A DNA stretch of 64,000 nt from a virus, in the IMG/VR virus record IMGVR_UViG_3300031857_022279; one strand, given 5' to 3'. Below, one piece after another: positions 48,011 through 58,959 of this stretch. The translations under genes were made by a program, and so were the position numbers. How positions within the stretch are numbered: position 1 is the stretch's first letter; every line of letters begins with the position of its first letter. The notes below the pieces were generated by a model. The model was not told where the DNA came from. It did not search any database and saw only the letters and a list, made by a program, of their open reading frames with translations.

Positions 48011-49234
48011 TTAGTTGAAGAAATCTCCTGCGTCGAAAGATTCACTGTCCGGTATTTCTTCGTCAGATTCGACTATTTGGTTGAATTGTTTTTCAACCTG
48101 CTCAATCTCTTCTAGAGATTTGAATCTGAAGTAGTCATTTACTATTGGTGCCATTTTTTCTAACACTTCTTGAGTGAAGATTTCGGGTGTGAATAACTGT
48201 TTAGTAGTAACAGATTTGTCTAGATGATTTATGTACCATCTATTACCGCCTGGTATGAATGTCATTTCTCCCGTTTTCTTGTCGACTTCCATCTTTCCTT
48301 GTGCTATTCCAATTTGTTCGAAATACTCGGCTCTACAGAATGCATCTAGACCAGTATATGGGTTCATTCCGTTTGCAAAAGAGATATCAAATCTAATTTT
48401 TTTCGGTTTAGCTAGTCGGTTTTTTTGTGTTTTGAAGAGAACCGTAATGCCTGATCCACCTAAGTCCATATCATCTTCTTCTCCTGTTTTCAATTTGGAT
48501 TTAGTCATAAATCCGATTACTGATGCTGAATATAGAAGTGATAAACCGCCTTTCATGACAGCTTGTGGAAAAAGGTCCATAGTCAAGTAAGTATGGTTAC
48601 ATACGATCATTGGTATATCTAGATAACCAAGGTCATTATTAATAGATCTAAACATAGAACCGATTGCTTTGGCTTTAGTCATGTCTTGTTTTATATCACC
48701 TTTCAAAAGATCAGCTTTCTCTTTATTGGATGCCATTTGACCTAATGAGTCTAATACTATCATTAATTTTGGCAACTCGAATCCAGCAAGTTTCTGTTCT
48801 TTTAATTCATCTATTAGTTGAGTTAGTGTAATGTTTATGTCTTCAACTTTATTAGATCTGACTAGTCTGAAATTTTCTAAGTCATTACTTACACCGAATT
48901 TGGGAAGATCTTCTAAGTCTACCGCCTGTTCTGTGTCGATGTAAATGACAGAATATCCTGCTTTCTGAGCGTTTTTAGCACAAGAGTATGCTAAGAATGA
49001 CTTTCCAGCTCCTGACTCTCCCGCGAATACACTAATTCTGTTTGTTGCTACACCTCCATTTAATAGTCGTCCAGACATTGCTGCGTCTACTATATAAACA
49101 CCTGTCGATATAAATTTCTTTTCTTTTATTTCTTTCTCAACTTGGATTGGAACTGTCTTCGAAATGTTATCTAAAATAGAACCAATCTTAGAGAACTCAA
49201 ACTTCTTGACTTCTTTTGCTTGTTGTTTTGCCAT
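48011..49234 (-). CDS. uvsX: RecA/UvsX-like recombinase
   Basis: ISTG...GESGAGKS (Walker A), YIDTEQA, IVLDSLG (Walker B), NHTY, GG...YSAS. Confidence 0.9.
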   Translation of the reverse strand: MAKQQAKEVKKFEFSKIGSILDNISKTVPIQVEKEIKEKKFISTGVYIVDAAMSGRLLNGGVATNRISVFAGESGAGKSFLAYSCAKNAQKAGYSVIYIDTEQAVDLEDLPKFGVSNDLENFRLVRSNKVEDINITLTQLIDELKEQKLAGFELPKLMIVLDSLGQMASNKEKADLLKGDIKQDMTKAKAIGSMFRSINNDLGYLDIPMIVCNHTYLTMDLFPQAVMKGGLSLLYSASVIGFMTKSKLKTGEEDDMDLGGSGITVLFKTQKNRLAKPKKIRFDISFANGMNPYTGLDAFCRAEYFEQIGIAQGKMEVDKKTGEMTFIPGGNRWYINHLDKSVTTKQLFTPEIFTQEVLEKMAPIVNDYFRFKSLEEIEQVEKQFNQIVESDEEIPDSESFDAGDFFN

Positions 49235-49248
49235 GATTAAAATATTTT

Positions 49249-49542
49249 TTATTTATACTTTATATCAGTGGACTCACTCAAAGTTACTAGAACTTTGTTT
49301 AAATTTTCTAAATTAAATTCTTGTAGTGGACTGCCTCCTTTTTTAAGGTAGTCGTTATAGAGATTTAAGTATTCATCATAGGTAACCATTACTCCAAAGA
49401 TATCTGAGTAAAGAACATCTACTAACCCAACCTTTTTCATAGGAGAATTATCCTGTTCTGGATAGTTTGGACCCATATGTTTTCCAACTAGTTCTGTTCC
49501 AGAAATAGCTTCAACAAATTTATTATATCTTTTAATTTTCAC
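49249..49542 (-). CDS. Hypothetical protein (MKIKRYNKFVEA N-terminus)
   Basis: ORF track; shared motif. Confidence 0.7.
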   Translation of the reverse strand: MKIKRYNKFVEAISGTELVGKHMGPNYPEQDNSPMKKVGLVDVLYSDIFGVMVTYDEYLNLYNDYLKKGGSPLQEFNLENLNKVLVTLSESTDIKYK

Positions 49543-49544
49543 TT

Positions 49545-50000
49545 TTATACTTTTAACTTTTCATAGAACTCATCAGATGATTCTAGAGAGTATATATCTT
49601 TTTTTAAGTTATAAATTATATTGTATAGAAAATTGTCTTTCATTTTAAAAGTAGATCCGTCTTTTAGATTTATAATTGAAACTTCATCTTCATCTAGGTT
49701 TTCTATTTTAACTATTTGCAGTCCTAATTTTCCATCTCTGTCTTTGAGATCACATATAATTTTCTTTTTGGAGTCTATGAGAGAGTTGATTTTTTCTACT
49801 GTCGTTAATCTAGACAGCATTGCAAAGCTTTTTAAATCATCGTCATTAATATCTTTATAAGTTTCAAGAAAACTCTTCTCTTTGCCATTTAGCCGCACTC
49901 TTTTAGTTATCTTATCTAGAATAAGATTTAACTCCATTTCTTTTAAACTTTCTGGAATTCTAAAATTTTGTAAAATTTTCTTGAATTTCATATCAGGCAT
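49545..50000 (-). CDS. Hypothetical protein
   Basis: LNLILDKI...L..KEKSFL helix-hairpin like that of 32216..32701. Confidence 0.65.
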   Translation of the reverse strand: MPDMKFKKILQNFRIPESLKEMELNLILDKITKRVRLNGKEKSFLETYKDINDDDLKSFAMLSRLTTVEKINSLIDSKKKIICDLKDRDGKLGLQIVKIENLDEDEVSIINLKDGSTFKMKDNFLYNIIYNLKKDIYSLESSDEFYEKLKV

Positions 50001-50079
50001 AGTTTTCAGTGGTTTTCATACTTATATATTAAGAAATAAACATATTATTTATATATACTCTGTAAATTAAAGTTATTTA

Positions 50080-53000
50080 ATGGATAGAGAGTTAATTGAA
50101 GGTTTAAGTAATTTATCTGCTTCTCTTGATAGAATTTATGAGGCATTAACCAGATCTGGTGATCCTAAATCTGCTACAGCTGCTGCCTTAAAAATGGGAA
50201 ATTTTGAGGAACAGATCAAGCAAATTACTATGAGTATAGTTCAGATAAAAGAAGATACTCAGAAAATCTTAAATCAGCAAGATACTATTCTTAAAATGTT
50301 GAGAGAAGGTAAAGATACACCTAATGAAACCAAAATTAAAAAAATCCCTTCTGAACCAACAACTCCTAAAATCGGAAGACAGAAATTAGAAGAGAATCAA
50401 GAAAATGTAAGAGATACTAAGAGTAAAGACACTACAGACACTTCATTTTCTAAGTTAAAAAAGTTTTTTACGGAGTTAACAACTACTAAAATTGCGAAAG
50501 AAAGACAAGAGAACACTAAAGACTCTTCGATTTCTAAATCGGAAAATATTCAATCCGAATTAACAACTACTAAAATTGCAAAGGAAAGACAAGAGGACAA
50601 CAAAGATTCTTCAATCTCTAAATCAGAAAAGATTCAATCCGAATTAACAACTACCAAAATTGCAAAAGAAAGACAAGAGGATACAAAGGTTCTAAAACTA
50701 GAAAAACAAAGTTCGTCCGAAGGTTTTTTAACTAGATTACATACTATATTAAAAAGAGAAAAAGAAGAATCAATAGAAGAAAGGAAGAGTAAGGCAGTGA
50801 CATCTGATCTAACCACTATGAAGATGTCTAAAGATATAGAAAAAGATAAAAGAACAGAATTCAAAGAAACTCCTGTTAAAACTAAAGGAGAGGTTAGTTT
50901 TTGGAATCGACTTTTTCCTAATAAATCAATTAATGAGAAGGTTAAAATTCTTTCTGACTATTTTACTAAAGGTATTATATCGAAAGATGATAAAAAGGTA
51001 AAGAAAACAGACACTGAACTTACGACAGTCAAGATACAAATTGAGAAACAATACGGTGGTAGGACGACCAAAGAAGATAAAACTGTTAAGGCATTTAGTA
51101 AAGAACCAACAACTGTGAAGGTTTCTAGGGATAGAAAAGAAGATAGTAAAGATTCAAAAGACTCAAAAATAAAAAAAGTCTCAGAAGAACCGACTACAAC
51201 AAAAGTAGCAAAAGAGAAAAGAGATGAAAGAAGAGAATCCAAAGAAGAGAAATCAAAAGGTGGCATGTTTGGAAGCATGGACACTAAGAAAATCAAAGAT
51301 GGAGTTTCTGCAATTTTACTTATCGCAGTTGGAATTGTAGCAATTGGTCTTGCTCTTAAACTAGTTGGTAAAGTAGATTTTGTGTCAGTAATGGCAATAG
51401 CACTTGCACTTCCATTAATCGCTATAGCATTTGCTAAAATAGCTTCAGTTTTCTCAGGTAAAGAGGTAACTGATGAGAGAGGTAGAAAGTCTAGAAGCGC
51501 AGCAATCGATATTAAACAACTACCCGCTATCATTTTAGGGTTAGTTGGGTTTTCTGCAGCTATCACCGCATCGTCATATATCTTGAGTAAAGTAAAACCA
51601 ATTGGATTAGCACAAGCCGTGACCGCAATTTTGATAGGTGGAGTTTTTTCCGCACTTTCATTTGGTCTACATAGACTTGTTGGAGCTTTTGGTAAGATGA
51701 GTTTATTAGGAGGTGTAAAAGCCGTTTTATTTATGCCAGTAGTTCTGGTTGCGGTATCAACTGCAATTGCACTATCTTCTTATGTACTTAGCGCTGTCAA
51801 ACCAATTGGTATTTTTCAGGCAGTCACTGCTATTTTGATTGCTGGTGTATTTTCAGTTCTAGGATATGGAATTGGAAAATTAATAAGAGCATTTAGAGGT
51901 ATAGATCCAGTAACTGCATTTATGGCCGCTAAAATGATGCCTATTGTATTACTTGCAGTAACTGCGACTATTGCTGCCGCCTCTTACCTACTTTCAGCGG
52001 TGAAACCAATAGGATTCTTTCAAGCACTGACCGCAATATTAATTGCTGGTGTATTCACAGTATTATCTTTTGGTATAGGTAAAATAATAGGTTCTTTTAG
52101 AAGAATAGATCCAGCGACAGCTCTTGCTGCTACGGCCATGATGCCTTTGATATTTATAGCTCTTTCATTCTCAATCATGATGTCTTCATATTTCTTAGGG
52201 AATGTTAAAGTAATTGGGCTATTTCAAGCACTTACTGCTATTGCAATATCTATAGTTTTTGTAGCACTTTCTTTTGGTCTTGCTAAGATTTTACCGGCAT
52301 TTAGACGGTTATCACCAGCTGACATAACAAAAGCAGCAATAGGAATGCCTATTATATTCACCGCACTTTCACTAGCAATAATGGTTTCTTCATACTTTAT
52401 TTCGGGTGTTAAGCCAATAGGATTTGCTCAGTTTTTAACAGCACTTGGAATTTCTATTTTATTTGTAGGGTTTGCATTTGCAACTAAATTTATAGTCAAA
52501 GGTCTTAAAGGAGTAACCACTGCTCAAGTAGTTAACGCCATGAAAATGCTACTAATAGTCGCAACTACAGTAGCGATTGCTAGTTTCATAGTTTCTGTTG
52601 CTCCTTCTGTACCATTTATGAAGACGTTACAATTCGGTCTTCTAGGAATAGGACTTGGAGCTACAACAGTTGTGATGGCCATTGCAATCAAGACAATTAA
52701 AAAAATTGGATTAGGATTAAAAGATATTTTGACTGGTGGTCTGATGATTTTAGCAATAGCAACAACTATCGCACTTTCTTCTGTGATTCTTAATATGGGT
52801 ACTTATGAAAAGTATCCAAGTTGGAAATGGGCACTTGGAGTAGGAGCATCTCTTGTTGGATTTGGACTAGCGGCTGTAGTTTTGGGTTCTATTGCATCTT
52901 CTGGAATTGGAGCTCTTGCAATTCTTGCAGGACTCGCTTCAATTCTTGCAATAGCTGGTACTATTGTATTGACAGATAAAATAATTTCAGCAGGTACTTA

Positions 53001-56000
53001 TCAAAAGTATCCAGGTGCAAAATGGATTCTTGGAGTCGGAGCTACTATGGTAGGATTCGGTCTCGCTGCAGTTACATTAGGCGGTATAATAGTCGGCACA
53101 CTTGGATTAGGAGGTCTCGCTATTGCTGCTGGACTAGTCGCAGTTATCGGTATTGCTGAAACGATTGTTAAAGTAGATAAGATTATTGCCAAGGGTAATT
53201 ATACGAAATCTCCTGGTGTGAGATGGATTCTCGGAGTTGGATCCTCGATGGTTGGATTCGGACTTGCCGCGGTAACACTAGGTGGAATAATAGTCGGTAC
53301 TTTAGGTTTAGGAGGATTGGCCATCAAAGCTGGACTTTCTGCAGTTGAATCAATTGCAAAAACTATAGTGAAGACTGACAAAATATTAAGTGCTGGTCAA
53401 TATACAAAGTACCCAGGTGCTGCTTGGGCTTTAACAGTTGGTTCAATTATTACAGCGTTTTCTACAGCAGTATTATTATTGGGTGCTGTTAGTTCAGGAG
53501 GAGGTCTCTTGCAAAAGTTGAGTCTTGGATTAGTAAAAAACCCATTAGAGTCAGGAATACAAGCAATAAAGAAAATAGCTCAAGCTATAGTAGATGTAGA
53601 TAAAAAGTTAGCTGAAGGTAGTTATACTAAAGGTCCGAATCCTACTTGGGCAAAAGGCATTTCCGCATCACTCTCTGCATTTTCACCAATTTACAGAATG
53701 TTATTAGCTGAAAAACTTATGAGTTTCATAGGTGGTGTCTCCGCTAAAGACTTTGCGCAAGCTATAAAAGTAATTTCTGGTGGAATAGTAGATTCCGCAA
53801 AACTCTTTGAAAGCGCAAAAGTTGCCTTTAAAAATGGACCACCAGTTACTTGGTCAAAAGGTGTAAGTGCTTCACTCGGTGCGTTCTCATCAATATACTC
53901 ACTACTCGTAAAAGATAAAATTATGAGTATTTTTGGATCAGGAATCTCACCGAAAGATTTTTCTCAAGCTATTAAGACAATTTCTGGTGGAATAGTAGAT
54001 GCCGCAAAATTATTTGGAAATGCTGCTGTAGCGTTTAAGAACGGGCCACCAGTTGAGTGGGCTAAGGGTATCAGTAAAGCACTTGGTGCTTTTTCATCTA
54101 TCTATTCACTTCTAGTTAAGGATAGAATAATGAGTATATTTGGTTCTGGTGTATCACCTAAAGACTTCTCGCAAGCGATTAAGACAATTTCTGGTGGTAT
54201 AGTAGATTCTGCAAAGTTATTTGACAAGGCGTCTGTTGCATTCAAGAATGGTCCACCAGTTGAATGGGCAAATGGAGTTAGTAAATCTTTAGGAGCATTC
54301 TCATCTATATACAAATTACTAGCAAGTAATTCTGGTTGGTGGAAAAGTGGTGTCGATCCAAAAATGTATGCACAAGCTATAGTTACAATTACGAATGGAA
54401 TTGTGACTGCGGCAAAGGCTTTCGGGTCGGCGTCAGTAGCATTTAAAAATGGTCCACCTGTTGAGTGGGCTGATGGGGTTGGTAAGTCACTCTCAGCGTT
54501 TCAGCCTATTTATGAACTATTATTAAAAAATTCTGGTTGGTGGAAGAGTGGTATAGATCCTAAAATGTATTCTCAAGCAATTGTGACTATAACTAGTGGT
54601 ATAGTCACTGCTGCAAAGGCATTTGGTTCCGCATCGGTGGCGTTTAAAAATGGTCCACCGGTTGAATGGGCCGATGGAGTTGGTAAGTCACTAGCTGCCT
54701 TTCAACCTATATATGAGTTATTACTTAAAAATACTGGATGGTGGAAAAGTAATATAGATCCAAAGAAATATGCACAAGCTATAGTCACTATAACTGGTGG
54801 TATAATCACCGCGGCTAAATCATTTAGTCAGGCTTCTGTTGCATTTAAAAATGGACCACCAGTCCAGTGGGCCGAAGGTGTTGGTAAGGCTCTTTCAGCA
54901 TTTCAACCGGTATATGAATTACTGGTTAGAAATTCAAGTTGGTGGAAAAGTTCAATAGATCCTAAGAAATACGCTGAAGCGATAGTAACGATTACTGGTG
55001 GAATTGTAACTGCTGGTAAAGCATTCGGAGCAGCGGCTGTTGCATTTAAAAATGGTCCACCAGTTCAGTGGGCTGAAGGTGTCGGTAAAGCACTTTCAGC
55101 GTTTCAACCAGTCTATGAGATGTTGGTAAGAAATGCTAGTTGGTGGAAAAGTTCAATAGATCCTAAGAAATATTCAGAGGCTATACGAACGATTAGTAGA
55201 GGAATTACTGATGCCGCAATAGTGCTGTCTACCGCATCTGTTGCATATAAATTTTATCCAACAGAACAGTGGGCTTCTGGTGTAAGTAGAGCACTTACTG
55301 CATTTCAACCAATTTATAAGATTTTACAGAAAGATTCTGGATGGCTCAGAAGTGGTATTTCTCCAAAGATGTATGCCGATGCTATAAAGACAATTACAAC
55401 TGGTATTCGAGACTCAGCGATGATTTTAGCACAAGCTTCGATTGCCTATAGAATGTTTCCAACAGTACAGTGGGCAAACGGTGTAAGTAGAGCTCTTAGT
55501 GTGTTCCAACCAATTTATAAAATTTTAGAAAAAGATTCTGGATGGTTGAGGTCTAATATATCACCAGAAAAGTACGCTAAAGCAATCAAAACAATAACTA
55601 CTGGTATTCGAGACTCAGCGATGATCTTGGCTTCAGCTTCTATTGCTTATAGAATGTTCCCAACAGTTCAGTGGGCAAACGGTGTGAGTAGAGCTCTTAG
55701 TACTTTTCAACCAATATATAAGATTCTACAAAAAGATTCGGGTTGGTTCAGAAGTAACATATCTCCAGAGAAATATGCAACAGCTATAAAAACTATTACA
55801 ACTGGAATAAGAGACTCGGCTGTGATTTTAGCCTCAGCTTCTCTTGCTTATAGAATGTTCCCAACAACACAGTGGGCAGACGGAGTTAGTAAGGCTTTAA
55901 GTACCTTTCATCCAATATACAAGATATTACAAAAAGATTCAGGTTGGTTTAGAAGTAATATATCACCTGATAAGTATGCCGCGGCTATTCGTACTATTAG

Positions 56001-58959
56001 TCAAGGTATAGTTGATTCTGCTTTAATATTAGCAAAAGCAAAGTCCGCTTATAAGTCTTTCCCAACCACAGAATGGGCAGATGGTGTTAGTAGAGCACTT
56101 TCAGCTTTTCAACCTATTTATACGATACTACAAAAAGATTCAGGATGGTTTAAAAGTGGAGTTTCAGTTGGTAAGTATAGTGAAGCTATAAAAACACTTA
56201 GTATGGGAATCGTAGATTCTGCGAACATACTTAGTAAGGGTTTGTATAAAATTTATCCAACAGTAAACTGGGTTATGGGAATATCAGGAGCTTTTGCAAT
56301 GATACCAGCACTGATTAAGAAAGTAAACAACATTGATTTCAAGGGACTTTCTAAAATTTGGATGATAAGTGATAGTATTTACAAACTCTCGATTGCATTC
56401 AAGGACGCTAAGTTTACAAGTTTTCCGAGTAAAAAATGGACAAGTGCTATTTCATCATCTTTTACTATGATGATTAATCTTCTAAAGAGTATTGATAAAA
56501 GTATATCTATCACTTCACTACTTAGTGGTATTTTGAAGTCTAAATCCTTAGTTAATTACATTCTAGATTTGGATAAGAAATTTAGCCTCGGTAAATTTAA
56601 CAAGTTTCCAAACTCAAATTGGGTTAAAGGGTCTACAAAGTCTATTAGTGAATTTGCGAAGTTACTCAGTGAACTTAATAAGTTGGTCTCTTTAGTAGGA
56701 TTAAAGACTGGTCAATTCAAAATTTCGAGTATTCTGAAGTCTGTTTTGGATGTTGATAATCAGATATCTAGAGGTAAATTTAACAGAGTAATAAGTCAGA
56801 AATGGTCAAGTTCATTGAGAGTTTCAATACTAGAATTTTCAAACTTGTTTAAAAATGTAGATAAATTGATATCAATAATTGACTTAAAACTTGGTCAAAC
56901 TAAAGTTACTAGTATCATTAAATCTATTCTACAAATCGACCTACAAATTTCTAAAGGCAAATTTAATAAATTTATTGATAATAAGTGGATCAAAGGCACA
57001 AAATCTTCAATTATAGAGTTCGGTGGATTATTCAAAACTATAGACAAATTAGTTTCAATAATTTCCTTAAAAATCGGCCAGACAAAGGTTACAAGTATCA
57101 TCAAGTCAATACTTCAAATCGATTCACAAGTTTCAAAGGGTAAATTTAATAAATTTATTGATAATAAGTGGATTAAAGGCACAAAACAGTCTGTTCTAGA
57201 GTTCGGAAAATTGTTTATTGATGTTAATAAGAATTTCTCTGTGACTTCTTTATTACTTGGTTTTAATAAAGTCAAAATGATTTTTGATAATATTATATGG
57301 ATTGATAATAAAATATCTAGAGCTAAATTTGAGAAATCACCACCAACAAAATGGCTTACAAATACTAGAGATTCAATAGTTTATTACGGTAAATTGGCGA
57401 TTGATTCTAATAAAATGTTCGGCACAGTGCCTCTAATAGCAGGTATCAAAAAGATTAAAACACTAGTAGATACAATTTTGTGGGTCGATAAGACTCTATC
57501 AAAGGGTAAATATAATAGAGTTCCAAGTTTAAAATGGCTAAACGAATCTAAAAATGCAATTTTTACATATGGTAAGATAGCAATCGATTCAAATAAGATC
57601 TTCCCTCTGATTTCACTTATAGCTGGTATTAAGAAGGTTAAAATGATATCAGAGGCTATACTATGGGTTGATAAAACACTATCTAAGGGAAGTTACACTA
57701 AAGTGCCAACGCAGAATTGGTTGACACGTTCAAAAAGCACGATTTTTCAATACGGGAATCTAGCTATAGAATCAAATAAAAGGTTTGGAACAATTGGATT
57801 ATTCTTAGGTCTGAAAAAAGTTAGAAATATTGCAGACACTTTAAAATATGTTTCGCTTGTAATTAGCGGTGGTAATTATACTAAGTTTCCAAGCTTAGAA
57901 TGGTCCAAGTCAGTTCCTGCGGCAATATCTGGCTTTATGAATCTACCGTTTAAGGGAATGTTTGGTCAATTTTTTGAAAGTATTTTCGGGGCTTCAGAAG
58001 ATAGTAAGAAATCACAATTAGGAAAAATTGTAGATTTGATGTTATATGTTGATAAGAGATTTCAATCGGGTAACTGGAAAAAGTTCCCAACTGTTGAGTG
58101 GGTTAAAGGTACAATTTTAGCTCTTCAGAAATTTAAAGATATAGTTTCTTTACTTAGTTTTGGTTCACTAAATACTAAGATAATGACTGCATTCGGTGGT
58201 AAGAATCCACTTGTAAGCGCAGTTTCTAACATTGAAAAACTGGCACAGTCTTTTGATAAACTAGGAAATTCTATGAAGAATTTCAGTCAATCAATAAAAA
58301 CTCTAGATACAGAAAAACTCGCAGCGATTAAGAGTCTTTCTTCAAATGTTATTTTAATGTCATTGATGAATCCAGAGCAATTTGACGCGATGTTATCTAA
58401 GTTAGAAGAAAGATCTGGAGTTTTTGCTGACCTTATGAAGGATGTGCAAGACAAGAAAGGTACTTCTGCTAAAACTACTGGTGCCCCTGGTACAGGTCAG
58501 AAAGTTGCAGGTGGTGGCGCAATGACTGATTTCAAGATGGTACCATCATCTACGGGAGCTAGAATGTCTGGTAAATCAGATGATGCTAAAATGCTTGAGA
58601 AACTCGATGCTATGACAAGTCTACTCGCTGATATATCTAGTGTTGTTGGTAGTAAAGGAGCTTTGAAAACATACCTTGGAAGTCTTAAAGAAGATGTTGA
58701 TATAGGTGATGGTGGGTTCTCACTTTTTAGTAGATCTGATAAAAGAACCAAAAACATATTGAAAAAAGTTGGTGTATCACCAGATGGTATAAATATCTAC
58801 TTATTCTCATATAAGTTTGATCCTACAGTAGTTTACCAAGGTGTAATTGCACAAGAGTTGCTTGGCACGAGATTTGAAAACTCAGTTGTACTTGATAAGT
58901 CTGGGTATTACGCAGTTGACTACTCAAAACTAGATGTTCAGTTTAAAAGAACAAATTGA
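50080..58959 (+). CDS. Tape-measure-like protein (2959 aa) with C-terminal peptidase S74 intramolecular chaperone domain
   Basis: Long helical A/G/I-rich body with Trp-anchored 60-70-aa repeats; C-terminus SDKRTKNI...GINIYLFSYK...YQGVIAQEL...GYYAVDYSKL. Confidence 0.75.
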   Translation: MDRELIEGLSNLSASLDRIYEALTRSGDPKSATAAALKMGNFEEQIKQITMSIVQIKEDTQKILNQQDTILKMLREGKDTPNETKIKKIPSEPTTPKIGRQKLEENQENVRDTKSKDTTDTSFSKLKKFFTELTTTKIAKERQENTKDSSISKSENIQSELTTTKIAKERQEDNKDSSISKSEKIQSELTTTKIAKERQEDTKVLKLEKQSSSEGFLTRLHTILKREKEESIEERKSKAVTSDLTTMKMSKDIEKDKRTEFKETPVKTKGEVSFWNRLFPNKSINEKVKILSDYFTKGIISKDDKKVKKTDTELTTVKIQIEKQYGGRTTKEDKTVKAFSKEPTTVKVSRDRKEDSKDSKDSKIKKVSEEPTTTKVAKEKRDERRESKEEKSKGGMFGSMDTKKIKDGVSAILLIAVGIVAIGLALKLVGKVDFVSVMAIALALPLIAIAFAKIASVFSGKEVTDERGRKSRSAAIDIKQLPAIILGLVGFSAAITASSYILSKVKPIGLAQAVTAILIGGVFSALSFGLHRLVGAFGKMSLLGGVKAVLFMPVVLVAVSTAIALSSYVLSAVKPIGIFQAVTAILIAGVFSVLGYGIGKLIRAFRGIDPVTAFMAAKMMPIVLLAVTATIAAASYLLSAVKPIGFFQALTAILIAGVFTVLSFGIGKIIGSFRRIDPATALAATAMMPLIFIALSFSIMMSSYFLGNVKVIGLFQALTAIAISIVFVALSFGLAKILPAFRRLSPADITKAAIGMPIIFTALSLAIMVSSYFISGVKPIGFAQFLTALGISILFVGFAFATKFIVKGLKGVTTAQVVNAMKMLLIVATTVAIASFIVSVAPSVPFMKTLQFGLLGIGLGATTVVMAIAIKTIKKIGLGLKDILTGGLMILAIATTIALSSVILNMGTYEKYPSWKWALGVGASLVGFGLAAVVLGSIASSGIGALAILAGLASILAIAGTIVLTDKIISAGTYQKYPGAKWILGVGATMVGFGLAAVTLGGIIVGTLGLGGLAIAAGLVAVIGIAETIVKVDKIIAKGNYTKSPGVRWILGVGSSMVGFGLAAVTLGGIIVGTLGLGGLAIKAGLSAVESIAKTIVKTDKILSAGQYTKYPGAAWALTVGSIITAFSTAVLLLGAVSSGGGLLQKLSLGLVKNPLESGIQAIKKIAQAIVDVDKKLAEGSYTKGPNPTWAKGISASLSAFSPIYRMLLAEKLMSFIGGVSAKDFAQAIKVISGGIVDSAKLFESAKVAFKNGPPVTWSKGVSASLGAFSSIYSLLVKDKIMSIFGSGISPKDFSQAIKTISGGIVDAAKLFGNAAVAFKNGPPVEWAKGISKALGAFSSIYSLLVKDRIMSIFGSGVSPKDFSQAIKTISGGIVDSAKLFDKASVAFKNGPPVEWANGVSKSLGAFSSIYKLLASNSGWWKSGVDPKMYAQAIVTITNGIVTAAKAFGSASVAFKNGPPVEWADGVGKSLSAFQPIYELLLKNSGWWKSGIDPKMYSQAIVTITSGIVTAAKAFGSASVAFKNGPPVEWADGVGKSLAAFQPIYELLLKNTGWWKSNIDPKKYAQAIVTITGGIITAAKSFSQASVAFKNGPPVQWAEGVGKALSAFQPVYELLVRNSSWWKSSIDPKKYAEAIVTITGGIVTAGKAFGAAAVAFKNGPPVQWAEGVGKALSAFQPVYEMLVRNASWWKSSIDPKKYSEAIRTISRGITDAAIVLSTASVAYKFYPTEQWASGVSRALTAFQPIYKILQKDSGWLRSGISPKMYADAIKTITTGIRDSAMILAQASIAYRMFPTVQWANGVSRALSVFQPIYKILEKDSGWLRSNISPEKYAKAIKTITTGIRDSAMILASASIAYRMFPTVQWANGVSRALSTFQPIYKILQKDSGWFRSNISPEKYATAIKTITTGIRDSAVILASASLAYRMFPTTQWADGVSKALSTFHPIYKILQKDSGWFRSNISPDKYAAAIRTISQGIVDSALILAKAKSAYKSFPTTEWADGVSRALSAFQPIYTILQKDSGWFKSGVSVGKYSEAIKTLSMGIVDSANILSKGLYKIYPTVNWVMGISGAFAMIPALIKKVNNIDFKGLSKIWMISDSIYKLSIAFKDAKFTSFPSKKWTSAISSSFTMMINLLKSIDKSISITSLLSGILKSKSLVNYILDLDKKFSLGKFNKFPNSNWVKGSTKSISEFAKLLSELNKLVSLVGLKTGQFKISSILKSVLDVDNQISRGKFNRVISQKWSSSLRVSILEFSNLFKNVDKLISIIDLKLGQTKVTSIIKSILQIDLQISKGKFNKFIDNKWIKGTKSSIIEFGGLFKTIDKLVSIISLKIGQTKVTSIIKSILQIDSQVSKGKFNKFIDNKWIKGTKQSVLEFGKLFIDVNKNFSVTSLLLGFNKVKMIFDNIIWIDNKISRAKFEKSPPTKWLTNTRDSIVYYGKLAIDSNKMFGTVPLIAGIKKIKTLVDTILWVDKTLSKGKYNRVPSLKWLNESKNAIFTYGKIAIDSNKIFPLISLIAGIKKVKMISEAILWVDKTLSKGSYTKVPTQNWLTRSKSTIFQYGNLAIESNKRFGTIGLFLGLKKVRNIADTLKYVSLVISGGNYTKFPSLEWSKSVPAAISGFMNLPFKGMFGQFFESIFGASEDSKKSQLGKIVDLMLYVDKRFQSGNWKKFPTVEWVKGTILALQKFKDIVSLLSFGSLNTKIMTAFGGKNPLVSAVSNIEKLAQSFDKLGNSMKNFSQSIKTLDTEKLAAIKSLSSNVILMSLMNPEQFDAMLSKLEERSGVFADLMKDVQDKKGTSAKTTGAPGTGQKVAGGGAMTDFKMVPSSTGARMSGKSDDAKMLEKLDAMTSLLADISSVVGSKGALKTYLGSLKEDVDIGDGGFSLFSRSDKRTKNILKKVGVSPDGINIYLFSYKFDPTVVYQGVIAQELLGTRFENSVVLDKSGYYAVDYSKLDVQFKRTN
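50473..50690 (+). repeat. Three 84-nt (28-aa) tandem coding repeats ELTTTKIAKERQE...
   Basis: Copies start at 50473, 50557 and 50641; degenerate PTTxKxxK copies nearby. Confidence 0.85.
53620..56280 (+). repeat. About 14 tandem ~201-nt (67-aa) coding repeats (xAFKNGPPVEWA.GV...AFQPIY..L....GWWKS...), grading into a YxxFPTxxW variant
   Basis: Visible at protein and DNA level; further ~60-aa KF.K.P...W repeats follow to about 58100. Confidence 0.85.

Noticed and set aside
50473-56280. CRISPR-like arrays in the repeats of the large gene
   Set aside because: The repeats are in-frame, vary at synonymous positions and lack unique spacers; they are protein repeats
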